Positions 10,265 to 19,416 of a stretch of 64,000 nucleotides of DNA are shown in pieces. Origin of the DNA: an uncultured Gammaproteobacteria bacterium. Lineage in GTDB: Bacteria; Patescibacteriota; Patescibacteriia; UBA1558; 2-01-FULL-52-15. Where the stretch lies: positions 661 through 64,660 of the forward strand of contig CAYOCJ010000002.1 of NCBI GenBank assembly GCA_964402565.1. The letters are read 5' to 3'. How positions within the stretch are numbered: the first letter of the stretch is position 1; every line of letters starts with the position of its first letter. Both the position numbers and the translations under genes were made by a program. Below the pieces are notes generated by a model. That model worked only from the letters and a program-made list of their open reading frames with translations, did no database searches and had not been told where the DNA came from.

Positions 10265-10300
10265 ACCAACCGCTGCGGTATTCCGCAGCGGTTGGTTTTT
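10265..10300 (+). terminator. Rho-independent terminator
   Basis: accaaccgctgcgg-tattc-ccgcagcggttggt followed by TTTTT. Confidence 0.7.
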
Positions 10301-10376
10301 ATATATTAGTGTTATGTCAGACCTAGAGACAACCATCTAGAGATACGCTTATACACTATCTCTATAATGATCCAAG

Positions 10377-10404
10377 TTGCAAAATAAGCGTTTTGTGGTA
10401 TAAT
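10377..10404 (+). promoter_or_regulatory. Duplicate copy of the extended -10 promoter
   Basis: Identical TTGCAA-16-TGgTATAAT, 578 bp downstream of the first copy. Confidence 0.6.
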
Positions 10405-10461
10405 TGTCATAGTTCTTTCTGGCGTTTACCATCTTAAAGTAACATGAAAGGGGGTGAATAC

Positions 10462-10821
10462 ATGAAAAAACTACTCACAAAGGCATATCGCGTGGCTTAT
10501 CTAGCTCCTCTGGCCCTCGGTGCAACAGCCCACGCACAAGGAGTTTCCATTGACTTTCCAAGTTCATTCGCTGGTTTCAGTTCGCAAGACCTGAAGACCA
10601 CGATCCAGAACATCATTCGGATCATCGTTGGTTTCCTTGGCATCATTACCATCTTGATTATTCTCGCTGGTGGCTTCAAATGGATGACCTCAGGCGGTAG
10701 CGAAGATAAGATCGGAGAAGCAAAGAAACTTATCAGCGCTGGCGTTGTCGGTCTCGTTGTTGTCCTCGCTGCTTACGCAATCGCAAGCTTCGTTGTCAAC
10801 TCATTACAGCAGGCCGTCTAA
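10462..10821 (+). CDS. T4SS-pilin/TrbC-VirB2-like small membrane protein (paralog 4, duplicate of paralog 3)
   Basis: Protein identical to paralog 3 except the C-terminal ...SLQQAV versus ...SLQKAV. Confidence 0.55.
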   Translation: MKKLLTKAYRVAYLAPLALGATAHAQGVSIDFPSSFAGFSSQDLKTTIQNIIRIIVGFLGIITILIILAGGFKWMTSGGSEDKIGEAKKLISAGVVGLVVVLAAYAIASFVVNSLQQAV

Positions 10822-10893
10822 TCTTTCTTACGACTTACAGTCTAAGCTATCCCTCCTCTTCTATGGGGAGGGGAAGTATATACTCTAAGATCC

Positions 10894-11301
10894 ATGCGAA
10901 AAATAATTACGCGTTCTATTCCCAGCACACTCAGTTTCTTATTTTTTTTTATTGTGGGGTCAAAAGCCCTCGCAGATGATCCGTTTGGACTCAAGGGAGC
11001 TGCGAGCGGCACCGGCGTTTCGACAGCAGAGCTAACGGGTCAGGGCTCTATCATTTCGGTCGTCATTTTCAATTTACTAGGTATAGTCGGCGTGATCTTC
11101 CTAATACTCATGATCTGGGGAGGGACCATGTGGATGACCTCAGGCGGTAATGAGAAGCGCGTCGGCACCGCGAAGAGCATACTCACGACCGCGGTCATAG
11201 GGCTGGTCATAGTGCTCATGGCCTATAGCATTACTTACTTCATCGTACAGAATCTAACAGCGGTACAAGGACCAGCAAGCGCTGGATCTGGCAGCCCTTA
11301 A
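10894..11301 (+). CDS. T4SS-pilin/TrbC-VirB2-like small membrane protein (paralog 5)
   Basis: IWGGTMWMTSGGNEKRVGTAKS lies between two hydrophobic helices. Gly/Ser/Ala tail. Confidence 0.5.
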   Translation: MRKIITRSIPSTLSFLFFFIVGSKALADDPFGLKGAASGTGVSTAELTGQGSIISVVIFNLLGIVGVIFLILMIWGGTMWMTSGGNEKRVGTAKSILTTAVIGLVIVLMAYSITYFIVQNLTAVQGPASAGSGSP

Positions 11302-11312
11302 CACAACCACCC

Positions 11313-11714
11313 ATGAAAAAAATATTTCAATATGTCTGGCTTCTTCTTCTCGGCTTACCAACACTCACACTTGCAGCAGTGCCACCAACGCTGCAAAATC
11401 TAGATCTCGTCGGCAAAGGAAGTGGCTACCAGCAAAGTGACATTAAGATGACCATCGTTGGTATCATACAAGTACTGCTTGGTTTTATTGGTATTGTCTT
11501 TTTCATACTCATCCTCTGGGGAGGTTTTCAATGGATGACCTCGGGGGGTAATGAGAAAAAAATAGAAGACGCCAAAAAACGCCTTACGAGCGCTACTATC
11601 GGTCTCGTTCTGGTGCTTATGTCATACGCCATAGCAAGATCTATCAACTTGTGGCTCGCAGCCGCAGTCGGTAATGGCGCTACTTCCAACGCAGCGGGCA
11701 GCGGCAGCCCTTAA
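11313..11714 (+). CDS. T4SS-pilin/TrbC-VirB2-like small membrane protein (paralog 6)
   Basis: Signal peptide; LWGGFQWMTSGGNEKKIEDAKK between helices. The tail ...NAAGSGSP matches paralog 5. Confidence 0.5.
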   Translation: MKKIFQYVWLLLLGLPTLTLAAVPPTLQNLDLVGKGSGYQQSDIKMTIVGIIQVLLGFIGIVFFILILWGGFQWMTSGGNEKKIEDAKKRLTSATIGLVLVLMSYAIARSINLWLAAAVGNGATSNAAGSGSP

Positions 11715-11742
11715 ATCCTAAAAATCATCGTATAACGAAAAA

Positions 11743-11772
11743 CTCCCTGGTCACCGTGAGGCGACCAGGGAG
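11743..11772. terminator. Stem-loop between convergent genes; better terminator for the minus-strand gene
   Basis: ctccctggtc-(10 nt)-gaccagggag. On the minus strand it is followed by TTTTTCGTT; on the plus strand the T-tract is weak. Confidence 0.5.
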
Positions 11773-11792
11773 TCCTGTTGCGATCGAACACA

Positions 11793-12440
11793 CTAGCTGA
11801 TGTCCCTACAATACGGGACGTTATCGTGTTGCTCCGGAAAGTAGCCGAAGACGAACGCGAAGTCAACGACCCGATTGCCGGGGCACACATGGTCTCGGCC
11901 GTACCAGTCGATGTCTTGCGATCCGGCATACTCGATCGTCATTCCGTGAGGCCCCGCCTTGTGCGCGATGAACTGGAAACTTCCGCCGGTCGTATACAGC
12001 TTGATCCAAGGACCAGGCGAACGCCTGCGAAGGGTCACGTCTTCGACGGCGCCGACAGGGAGCCAGCACGGATCGTTCGATGCTGGCTGTTCGATACGGT
12101 TCTCTGAGCCGTAACAGACCGAAACCATTGAGGTCAAGTAGGTGATCTCGAAGGGGAAGTAGTTGTCTACCACCCCAATCTGCTCCACCGTACCGTTCTC
12201 GCCGAGCTCCTTGAGCACCGGCTGTGGCCGCGGTTGCCCAGGGATCAACGAACTCGGCGACTGGGCCATGTAATGGACGCTCGGGCCTTCGCCGGCCGGG
12301 GGCAGCTGAACCTTGGAAGGCAACCACCGAGTGACCACGCTTCCATCGGGTTGCCGACGGGTCACGCAGCCGAAGCTGCCGAGGAGGAGGATGAAAACCA
12401 TCATGACCAGAGGGAAAAGAGACAGTTTTCTGGACCGCAC
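11793..12440 (-). CDS. Secreted hypothetical protein in a GC-rich patch
   Basis: 215 aa. N-terminal signal peptide (LSLFPLVMMVFILLLGSF). No recognised domain. Local G+C is clearly above the flanks. Confidence 0.45.
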   Translation of the reverse strand: MRSRKLSLFPLVMMVFILLLGSFGCVTRRQPDGSVVTRWLPSKVQLPPAGEGPSVHYMAQSPSSLIPGQPRPQPVLKELGENGTVEQIGVVDNYFPFEITYLTSMVSVCYGSENRIEQPASNDPCWLPVGAVEDVTLRRRSPGPWIKLYTTGGSFQFIAHKAGPHGMTIEYAGSQDIDWYGRDHVCPGNRVVDFAFVFGYFPEQHDNVPYCRDIS

Positions 12441-12611
12441 AGCGATCTCCTTCTTTAGGCCATAAGGCCTGATTGTTCGATCGTTTATTGTTCTGGTACG
12501 AAGGTGCTGCGTAATACTACTCAGACATCTTAACTATCTATTATACCTTTTATTGTATTTTTTGTCAATAGACTATCACCATCCCCTTTTTTGGGCTAAA
12601 ATGAGCACTAT

Positions 12612-14513
12612 ATGCTGGAGTTCAAACATACCAAAAAAATAGAACCACTATGGCTACTATGGTCAGCCATACTGTGCTATACGATCTTGTTCAGCATACT
12701 AGTCCTGTGGAAATACGCTCACTTCTACTATGACAATCTGGACCTGGCTATTTTCAATAATGTGTTCTGGAACACCTTGCATGGGCACTGGTTCCAGGCG
12801 AGCATACATCCGCCAAGCTACCTGGGTGACCACTTTTCGCCCTCCTTGTTTTTGCTCATGCCGTTCTATGCACTAGCGCCCACTCCTCAGACACTCCTCA
12901 TCCTGCAAACAGTAGCGCTTGGATTGTCAGCGCAACCCATCTATTTGATCAGTGAGTATATTGTTGGCAAGGAACGGAAATGGATGCCGCTGTTCATCAG
13001 CATGCTCTGGCTGGTGAATCCTCTGGTACATAATATGAATTTCTTTGAGTTCGAGCTTATGTCCTTTGCTGTGCTGGGGCTACTCTGGACGATCTGGGCC
13101 TATCTCAAAGAGAAACCAACCCTCTTCATCATTGCTTCTCTCTTCACTCTCGGCATGCGCGAAGACTTCGTCTGTATCTTTTTTGTATTCAGCATACTGG
13201 CCCTGCTGGATAAACGATCACTATTCTGGAAGCTCTATCCAATCCTTTCTTCGGCGGCATGGGGCATTCTTGCCTTCTGGACGATCAGTCTCTATGCGCC
13301 ACAGAATTCGTATAAATTTTTACGCTACTATGACTGGCTCGGGGGCACTACTCTCTGGTCCATCATCGCGAGTTTCGCCCTGCATCCGATCCAAGTACTC
13401 GCGCATCTCACCACCTGGTATAACCTGGAATTCGTGCTTGGGTTATTGTTCCCGTTCTTCTTCTTTGTCTCATTCCGGAATCGATACTCCCTGCTACTCA
13501 TTCCTCCTGCGGCGCAAATACTGCTGGCAGGTTTCGGAGGAAGCGGACTCATACTCGGCACCTACTATGCCGGTTACCTTGTTGCCATACTGTTCCTCTT
13601 ATTCGCGCTGCAGGTACGAGATTTCGACTTCACAAAACTTCCTGGATGGCTGCCGGTAGAACTCCGCTCACGACGCGTACTCTCTGCGATCATCGCTTGT
13701 GCCGCACTCTATGCTGCCGCGACCTATGGATCGATCTCGACCGCTCTTGCTTGGTGGCAGAAGCCGCATGAGCTAGTTGCTAAAGAGCATATGCTTGCTG
13801 CACTGCCTAGCGATGCTGCAGTCGCTACGACCTACTCCCTGCTACCGACCGTTTCTAGTCGACAGTATGTGTACTTATTCCCTTATGCCGCGATCGGTAA
13901 AAATCAATTCGCATTGAGTGAGTATGCGCTGCCGGAAAACACCGAGTATCTGCTTATTGATTGGGATGAAATGGTATTAGCGCAGATGCATTTCAGTCAA
14001 AACGCCGCTTTCAGTCCGTATGCAGATACGGTACCCAAAAATCTTCGAACTATACTATCTCAATTTTCTATCATTAGAGCAGAAGGTCCTATCTATGTAT
14101 TACAACGAGCTACTGATGCCGGCACAGTACAGCAGCTTGCCGCACTACGGCATACTTCTCAAACCGCGGACGCTGCAGCGACTATCACGCAAGTATCGCC
14201 AGATGCTGATCATATCGCCGTAACGATCGCTCTGCCGCAAAAGACAAACACCCAGAAATACTACTACCTTGAAGTGTCTGACGCTAGCGAAACATTCCGC
14301 CTACCGCTCGGGTACGATCTGTTTGGAATTGGCGAGCTCGACGGAGCGTCTACCGTACACATGCCTGTATTCATTGGTCCGGCCACGAAAAATATTATGC
14401 TGCGGCTCTATGCCTGGAGCAAAGGATCGATTGAGTTGAGCGGGATCAAGAGCATCCATCCGACGAGCGATGCCACAGAAATCAGTAGTTACAGTTACAA
14501 TACAACGCGATAG
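12612..14513 (+). CDS. Polytopic membrane protein (DUF2079-like / GT-C-like)
   Basis: 633 aa. N-terminal pattern YDNLDLAIFNNVFWNTLHGHWFQASIHPPSYLGDHFSP recalled as DUF2079-like. About 12 TM helices, then a soluble C-terminus. Confidence 0.4.
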   Translation: MLEFKHTKKIEPLWLLWSAILCYTILFSILVLWKYAHFYYDNLDLAIFNNVFWNTLHGHWFQASIHPPSYLGDHFSPSLFLLMPFYALAPTPQTLLILQTVALGLSAQPIYLISEYIVGKERKWMPLFISMLWLVNPLVHNMNFFEFELMSFAVLGLLWTIWAYLKEKPTLFIIASLFTLGMREDFVCIFFVFSILALLDKRSLFWKLYPILSSAAWGILAFWTISLYAPQNSYKFLRYYDWLGGTTLWSIIASFALHPIQVLAHLTTWYNLEFVLGLLFPFFFFVSFRNRYSLLLIPPAAQILLAGFGGSGLILGTYYAGYLVAILFLLFALQVRDFDFTKLPGWLPVELRSRRVLSAIIACAALYAAATYGSISTALAWWQKPHELVAKEHMLAALPSDAAVATTYSLLPTVSSRQYVYLFPYAAIGKNQFALSEYALPENTEYLLIDWDEMVLAQMHFSQNAAFSPYADTVPKNLRTILSQFSIIRAEGPIYVLQRATDAGTVQQLAALRHTSQTADAAATITQVSPDADHIAVTIALPQKTNTQKYYYLEVSDASETFRLPLGYDLFGIGELDGASTVHMPVFIGPATKNIMLRLYAWSKGSIELSGIKSIHPTSDATEISSYSYNTTR

Positions 14514-16147
14514 ACCGTGAGCGGCCCTGCGTTCATAACTTTCTTCACGAAAGGCGCTGTCTCAAGCCACTGCACTTCATGCCCTAACCGAAGTGAGCTA
14601 ACGACGATATAAGATATCGTCTCTTGTTGTAAAAAGTTCTTGCGCAACTCAAGACTCGCCGAGGTTTCCGGCTCTGAAAAGAACCAATCCATCTGCTGCT
14701 GTTTCAGCGGCGCCTGCGGTGTCTGATGATCATGTCCGCGAAAGACGAGCCGATTCAATTCGCTGGTGAGCGTGAACGATGTTTTCATGTCTGAAGTCAG
14801 CAGGTGATCATTCACCGTCGTTGCACCTCGCAGAAAATCTATCACCTGCTTCTCATCTGGCGTGATATAGTAGTAGCCATACCCATACGCGCTCGGTTCA
14901 AAATAGAGATTGATAACAAAATACAGACCAAGAGAACTGCCGAGCGCCACAGCAAGGATAAGCACGTAGATTACCCGAAGCCATTGCCTGTGTATCGCGC
15001 GGAAAAGGTAGCTGCATCCAGCATAGGCCGTTATCGCCAAAACAATATGCCAGCCATTGATGAAGCGCCTATTCACATCGAGCGGAAGATATAAGAGCAG
15101 CGGTATGATAGCGCACCAAATCAAGATCATCGCCCACCATGGATCATGCTTCTTCTGTGTGCCCATCATGAACAATCCCACGAGCGCTAAGGGTAGGAGC
15201 AATCCATATCCCCAGAGGTAGTTCGTTATGAGCGGCGAATACACCAGGTTCTGCTCATACCATGATCGCAAGACCGGCTCACTGAAAAGCGCGTAGAAAT
15301 TATAGGCAATAGTTATGAGCGCGGCGCAACCCAATAACATGAAACGCTTCAAGCTCAACCATGAGCCAGAAGTATAGATATGCCACACCGTCCATGAGCC
15401 TAAGACGGCGAAGACAATAGGCATATCATAGGGATGCATAGTACCGAGCACCAGTATGATGGCAGCGTTCACGCTATCCCAGAGCCAATTAACCTTCTCT
15501 CGATACCTGACAAAGATGAACGCGCTCGCGACTAAGGCGACCTGCGAAAAACTGAACAAAGGCGCTTGAGCGAAATTCAATAAGGTATTCCCCTCAGTAA
15601 CATACAGATCAACCGGCGAAAAGAAAAATTTTATCTGACTCGACGCCTGTAGGAGCCACGGATGCGTGATCAGATAGAGCCAGCCAAACCCTCCGGAAAA
15701 ATAGACGAAAAGACCGGCGATGACCCGCTCGACTTCATGAACAAAGAGCTGCGCCAAAAATAAATATAGCAGCCAGCAAAAGATAAGCGTGAAAAGAACT
15801 CGGTAGATCTGGTAAGCCGCATTGTTCGTCAGGTTGAACCAAGCCCCAGTCTGCCCTATCACATACCATACTGGCGAGAGCATACGTCCATGCTGCGGAT
15901 CGGTCGTATGCACATTGCGCATGAACAGTATCCCCTCCCTTCCCTGCTGTATCATATTCTTATAGACCATCTTGTCAGCAGCAGTGTAGGGATTCGCGCC
16001 AGTATACGCATACCCTGCCGGCGTATGCACGGCAAAGTTCAACTGTCCCATACTTGTGAGCAGCACGAATGTTACTGACGCTACACCATACAACCAATGC
16101 TCCCGCGTTACTCGCCTCACATACTGATAGGCTGATCGAATATTCAT
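14495..16147 (-). CDS. Polytopic membrane protein, GT-C-like (paralog B)
   Basis: 550 aa. Shares with the next ORF the N-terminal Y-x-YTGA...AAD-K-x-VY...MIQQG-x-EG-x-LFM-x-NVHT-x-x-PQ and C-terminal GH-x-HQT...MDWFF-x-EP-x-TS. Confidence 0.45.
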   Translation of the reverse strand: MNIRSAYQYVRRVTREHWLYGVASVTFVLLTSMGQLNFAVHTPAGYAYTGANPYTAADKMVYKNMIQQGREGILFMRNVHTTDPQHGRMLSPVWYVIGQTGAWFNLTNNAAYQIYRVLFTLIFCWLLYLFLAQLFVHEVERVIAGLFVYFSGGFGWLYLITHPWLLQASSQIKFFFSPVDLYVTEGNTLLNFAQAPLFSFSQVALVASAFIFVRYREKVNWLWDSVNAAIILVLGTMHPYDMPIVFAVLGSWTVWHIYTSGSWLSLKRFMLLGCAALITIAYNFYALFSEPVLRSWYEQNLVYSPLITNYLWGYGLLLPLALVGLFMMGTQKKHDPWWAMILIWCAIIPLLLYLPLDVNRRFINGWHIVLAITAYAGCSYLFRAIHRQWLRVIYVLILAVALGSSLGLYFVINLYFEPSAYGYGYYYITPDEKQVIDFLRGATTVNDHLLTSDMKTSFTLTSELNRLVFRGHDHQTPQAPLKQQQMDWFFSEPETSASLELRKNFLQQETISYIVVSSLRLGHEVQWLETAPFVKKVMNAGPLTVYRVVL

Positions 16148-17766
16148 GAACGTACCTTAAAAATTCTGACAGCGACCGAATCATAGACGCGCTGTACTCC
16201 TGGCAGTGTATCCAGCCAATCATACGAGGCTGTCATACTAGGTTTATAGATTATAATGCTGGTGATCTTGTTGTGAATGAGAAAATCCCTACGATTCGTA
16301 AAGGCTACTGATGTCTGAGGTTCGGCAAAGAACCAATCCATCTCATTCTTCTTCAGCTCATACTGTACCGTCTGATGCGCGTGCCCGACGAAGAGCCTCG
16401 TCGGCGCATATGCAGCTGAGAGTATGCCAATAAAACTAGTGCTCGGCAAGAGCACATCCTGATAGGTCAGCTGGTTGTGCAGCTGCGTCAAGGCATCGGT
16501 TATATACGGATCGAGATAGTAGTTATACTTCTCACTCAAGGTGGGCTGATAGAACAGCTGCTCAGCGATCTGATACAGCACTCCTGAAGAAAGCAGCATA
16601 GCACAGAAAATACCAACCGCGGCGCGTAGAGCAAAGGGTTTTACTGCACGCAGCAAATGCGTAAGCCCATACCAGCTAAGGAGACCCAAGGGTATCAACA
16701 AGGTATTCGCGAAACGCCGATTGATGGATGTCGGCTCATAGATCAATAGCAGTATCGCGAGCGCCCAAAACAAGACTAAGCGCCAATATTGGTCGTCCAA
16801 GGCTCGGTTACGCACCAAGTACCAAACACCGAGCAGCGCGAGCGGTCCAGTCATACCAATACCCCATAGATAATTACTGATGGAAGGCGAAAAGGCGATA
16901 TTCTGAGATAGCCAGCCAGATAATGCGGGCTCTCGAATAAGGCTGATGCCGTGGTAGATGCATGCTAGTGCCGCGCCCGTCACGAGTGGCCAGAGGCGAA
17001 TAACAATACTCGCGACGTCTTGTTGGAACACTTCGCTCAGAGCTAGAGCGGTAGTAACAATGATAAGCAGCGGTAGATCATAGGGATGCATCGCACCGAA
17101 GAGGGCAACGATGCACATGAGCGCCACACTCGACTTGAACGACCTCCGTTCTCGTAAAAACAAGAGCCACACTGCAAGTATCAACAGGTGTGAGAGTATG
17201 AATAGCGGCGACTGCAGCGTATTCGTGAAGGCGCTGAACTCTGTCACATACAGATCTATCGGTGTTTGATTAAAATGCTGCAACCAATGCACAGAGCTGT
17301 CGGCAATCTCAGGGTGAGCTATGAAATACAACCAGCCAAGGCCTGAGCTGAAAAGGACCAGGGCGAAAGCTCCGATCTGATCCCCTGTGTGAGCGAACAG
17401 TTTTCGGATAAAGCTATAGAGCAGCAATAAAAAACCAACTGTCGCTATCCAACGATAGAGATGATAGGCGAGCGGTATCGGCATATCGAGAAGTCGCGAA
17501 GTCATGCCGATAAGATACCAGTGCGGCGAGAAGAGTAGGCCGAGCTGCGGTTCGGACGTGTGCACATTCTGCATGAAGAGTCTGCCTTCCGCTCCCTGCT
17601 GTATCATCGAATAGTATACGAACTTATCAGCGACCGCTTCCAGGCCGGCGCCAGTATACTGATGCCCTGGCGGCGTTTCAAGATACAAACGTACAAAAAC
17701 GATATTCGTCGCAAGCAGAAAAAGCACTCCAATGCCGATGAACCATCGTTGCTTTCGTGTCTCCAT
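16144..17766 (-). CDS. Polytopic membrane protein, GT-C-like (paralog A), 4-nt overlap with paralog B
   Basis: 540 aa. Same conserved blocks as 14495-16147. The pair is a tandem duplication. Confidence 0.45.
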   Translation of the reverse strand: METRKQRWFIGIGVLFLLATNIVFVRLYLETPPGHQYTGAGLEAVADKFVYYSMIQQGAEGRLFMQNVHTSEPQLGLLFSPHWYLIGMTSRLLDMPIPLAYHLYRWIATVGFLLLLYSFIRKLFAHTGDQIGAFALVLFSSGLGWLYFIAHPEIADSSVHWLQHFNQTPIDLYVTEFSAFTNTLQSPLFILSHLLILAVWLLFLRERRSFKSSVALMCIVALFGAMHPYDLPLLIIVTTALALSEVFQQDVASIVIRLWPLVTGAALACIYHGISLIREPALSGWLSQNIAFSPSISNYLWGIGMTGPLALLGVWYLVRNRALDDQYWRLVLFWALAILLLIYEPTSINRRFANTLLIPLGLLSWYGLTHLLRAVKPFALRAAVGIFCAMLLSSGVLYQIAEQLFYQPTLSEKYNYYLDPYITDALTQLHNQLTYQDVLLPSTSFIGILSAAYAPTRLFVGHAHQTVQYELKKNEMDWFFAEPQTSVAFTNRRDFLIHNKITSIIIYKPSMTASYDWLDTLPGVQRVYDSVAVRIFKVRS

Positions 17767-17814
17767 ACTGAAAGTATTCTATCACAGCTCTGCCATCATA
17801 GACTATCATTGACG

Positions 17815-19413
17815 CTAGAGCGCTTGTGCTGGTGTGTATCGATAGAGCCACACCTCATCATCCTCATACACGAGCCTGAAATAAATGTTCGAGGCTACTG
17901 TTTTCTGAAATGCAGCATGGTCTTTATCAACCAGTACATAGCGGGCGTGAAAATCCTGGTCTACTACTTGTACCAAATTATCAGTGCTGCCATTCGCGGT
18001 AAGATCAGCCCATTCCGCATAGAGCTTCGGGCTATAGTTATACATGAATGTCGGATCAAGCCCTACGAGATAATAGTTCCTCTGATTATAGTAGAAAAGC
18101 ATCGGCCAATCATCCCAGTCACTCTGCAGCACGATTGTTTCCGGCAACGTGTTCTGCGCCAACCAGTTGGATACCTTCTGATACTGATGCAATGGGATAC
18201 CTTGCGCAACCTCAGCGCGTACTTGTTCGATACGACCCCATAGTCCAGCTCGCGGCAGGGCGACGAGCATGGCTATGACAACTAAGGCAACGATAGTGAG
18301 ATTCTGCTTCATTCGGCGATGCATATGCCAGGATCGCCACAGGTGTTCGAAGATATGATACTGGAACACGTCGGCCCATGCGGAAGATGCCGCAATGATC
18401 ATCGAAGGCGCCGCAAGCTCTATGTAGCGACGCGACTTATACATGAACACCGAGAACAAGAGCGTGAGAGCGAACAGTACCCAGGTACGAAATGTAATAC
18501 GTCGCACCTCAAGTATGATCAAGGTACAGAGTAGCGCGCCAGCAATGGCCGTCAGTCCTAAGTTATTTACGAATTCATATGGCGAGAGACTGCTCCACTC
18601 ACCACCGACATTCACCACACTTCCTTGATTAACGATAGCTATCTGCCAAATTTGCTGCCAGTAGAACCGCACATTGTGCGGCCAATACGGATTCACTATC
18701 AGGCCGACCAAAGACCCCCCGACCGTAGCGAGCACTGGCTTCAGCATCGGTATGCGGCGCAATCCCCGCAATCTACTCAAGAAGCGATGACGCCTGAAAC
18801 CTCGGGCTAAGAATACCCAATACCAAAAGGCGACGAAGCTATAGACAAAGGCAGCGACCCACGCCACGATCCATCCACCGTAGAGCCACACGAATATAGT
18901 ATTGAGCATGGCAAGCAGCCACCAACGCCGTTCGAATAAGCATATCAAAATACACAAGAGTAGTATCAGCGAAACACTGTTCGCTTTAACCAGACTCAGG
19001 CGAAAGAGGAACCCGCTTGAGAAGAATAGCGTCAGTGTCGCGAGCAGCGGACCGGCGAAACGTAACCTGCGCAAGGTCCCATAGAGTGTGACGAAAAAGG
19101 CGGCTCCGAACGCAGCGGTCGCGAGCTTTACCCCTAAGAGCGGATTGCCGAGTATGACGAACGGTATGAGCAATGCATGGTAGAGCAAATGATGATCCGT
19201 AAAATACATCCGCAGAGTCGTTGCCTGCATCCAGGGCATATCCTTCAAGATCACCCCGCGTGAAAGAAATTGCGCCATCGCGGCATGATAGAAGCCGTCT
19301 GGATCGCCCATCACCTGATTGTATTGAATATATACTGCTATCGCGAAAAATCCGACGAATAAAAAAAGGTAGTCGAGCCTCCTCGCCCGTATCGCTCGCC
19401 AGAGTTCACCCAT
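17815..19413 (-). CDS. Polytopic membrane protein, GT-C-like
   Basis: 532 aa. DPDGFYHAAMAQ in the first loop region. About 12 TM helices and a C-terminal soluble domain. Confidence 0.4.
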   Translation of the reverse strand: MGELWRAIRARRLDYLFLFVGFFAIAVYIQYNQVMGDPDGFYHAAMAQFLSRGVILKDMPWMQATTLRMYFTDHHLLYHALLIPFVILGNPLLGVKLATAAFGAAFFVTLYGTLRRLRFAGPLLATLTLFFSSGFLFRLSLVKANSVSLILLLCILICLFERRWWLLAMLNTIFVWLYGGWIVAWVAAFVYSFVAFWYWVFLARGFRRHRFLSRLRGLRRIPMLKPVLATVGGSLVGLIVNPYWPHNVRFYWQQIWQIAIVNQGSVVNVGGEWSSLSPYEFVNNLGLTAIAGALLCTLIILEVRRITFRTWVLFALTLLFSVFMYKSRRYIELAAPSMIIAASSAWADVFQYHIFEHLWRSWHMHRRMKQNLTIVALVVIAMLVALPRAGLWGRIEQVRAEVAQGIPLHQYQKVSNWLAQNTLPETIVLQSDWDDWPMLFYYNQRNYYLVGLDPTFMYNYSPKLYAEWADLTANGSTDNLVQVVDQDFHARYVLVDKDHAAFQKTVASNIYFRLVYEDDEVWLYRYTPAQAL

Positions 19414-19416
19414 AGT

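Larger units (their letters stand above)
9799..10803 (+). repeat. Tandem direct duplication, period 578 bp (two ~427-bp near-identical units containing promoter, 5'UTR and pilin-like ORF)
   Basis: 9799-10225 repeats at 10377-10803. Sequence diverges only in the last ~6 codons and the 3'UTR. Confidence 0.85.

Noticed and set aside
11863-12327. 154-aa Arg/Pro-rich ORF on the minus strand
   Set aside because: Alternate frame of the GC-rich secreted-protein gene. Its Arg/Pro/Gly/Ala composition is the typical GC-rich frame artefact.
13045-13659. 204-aa Ser-rich ORF in the plus strand
   Set aside because: Alternate frame inside the 633-aa membrane protein gene.
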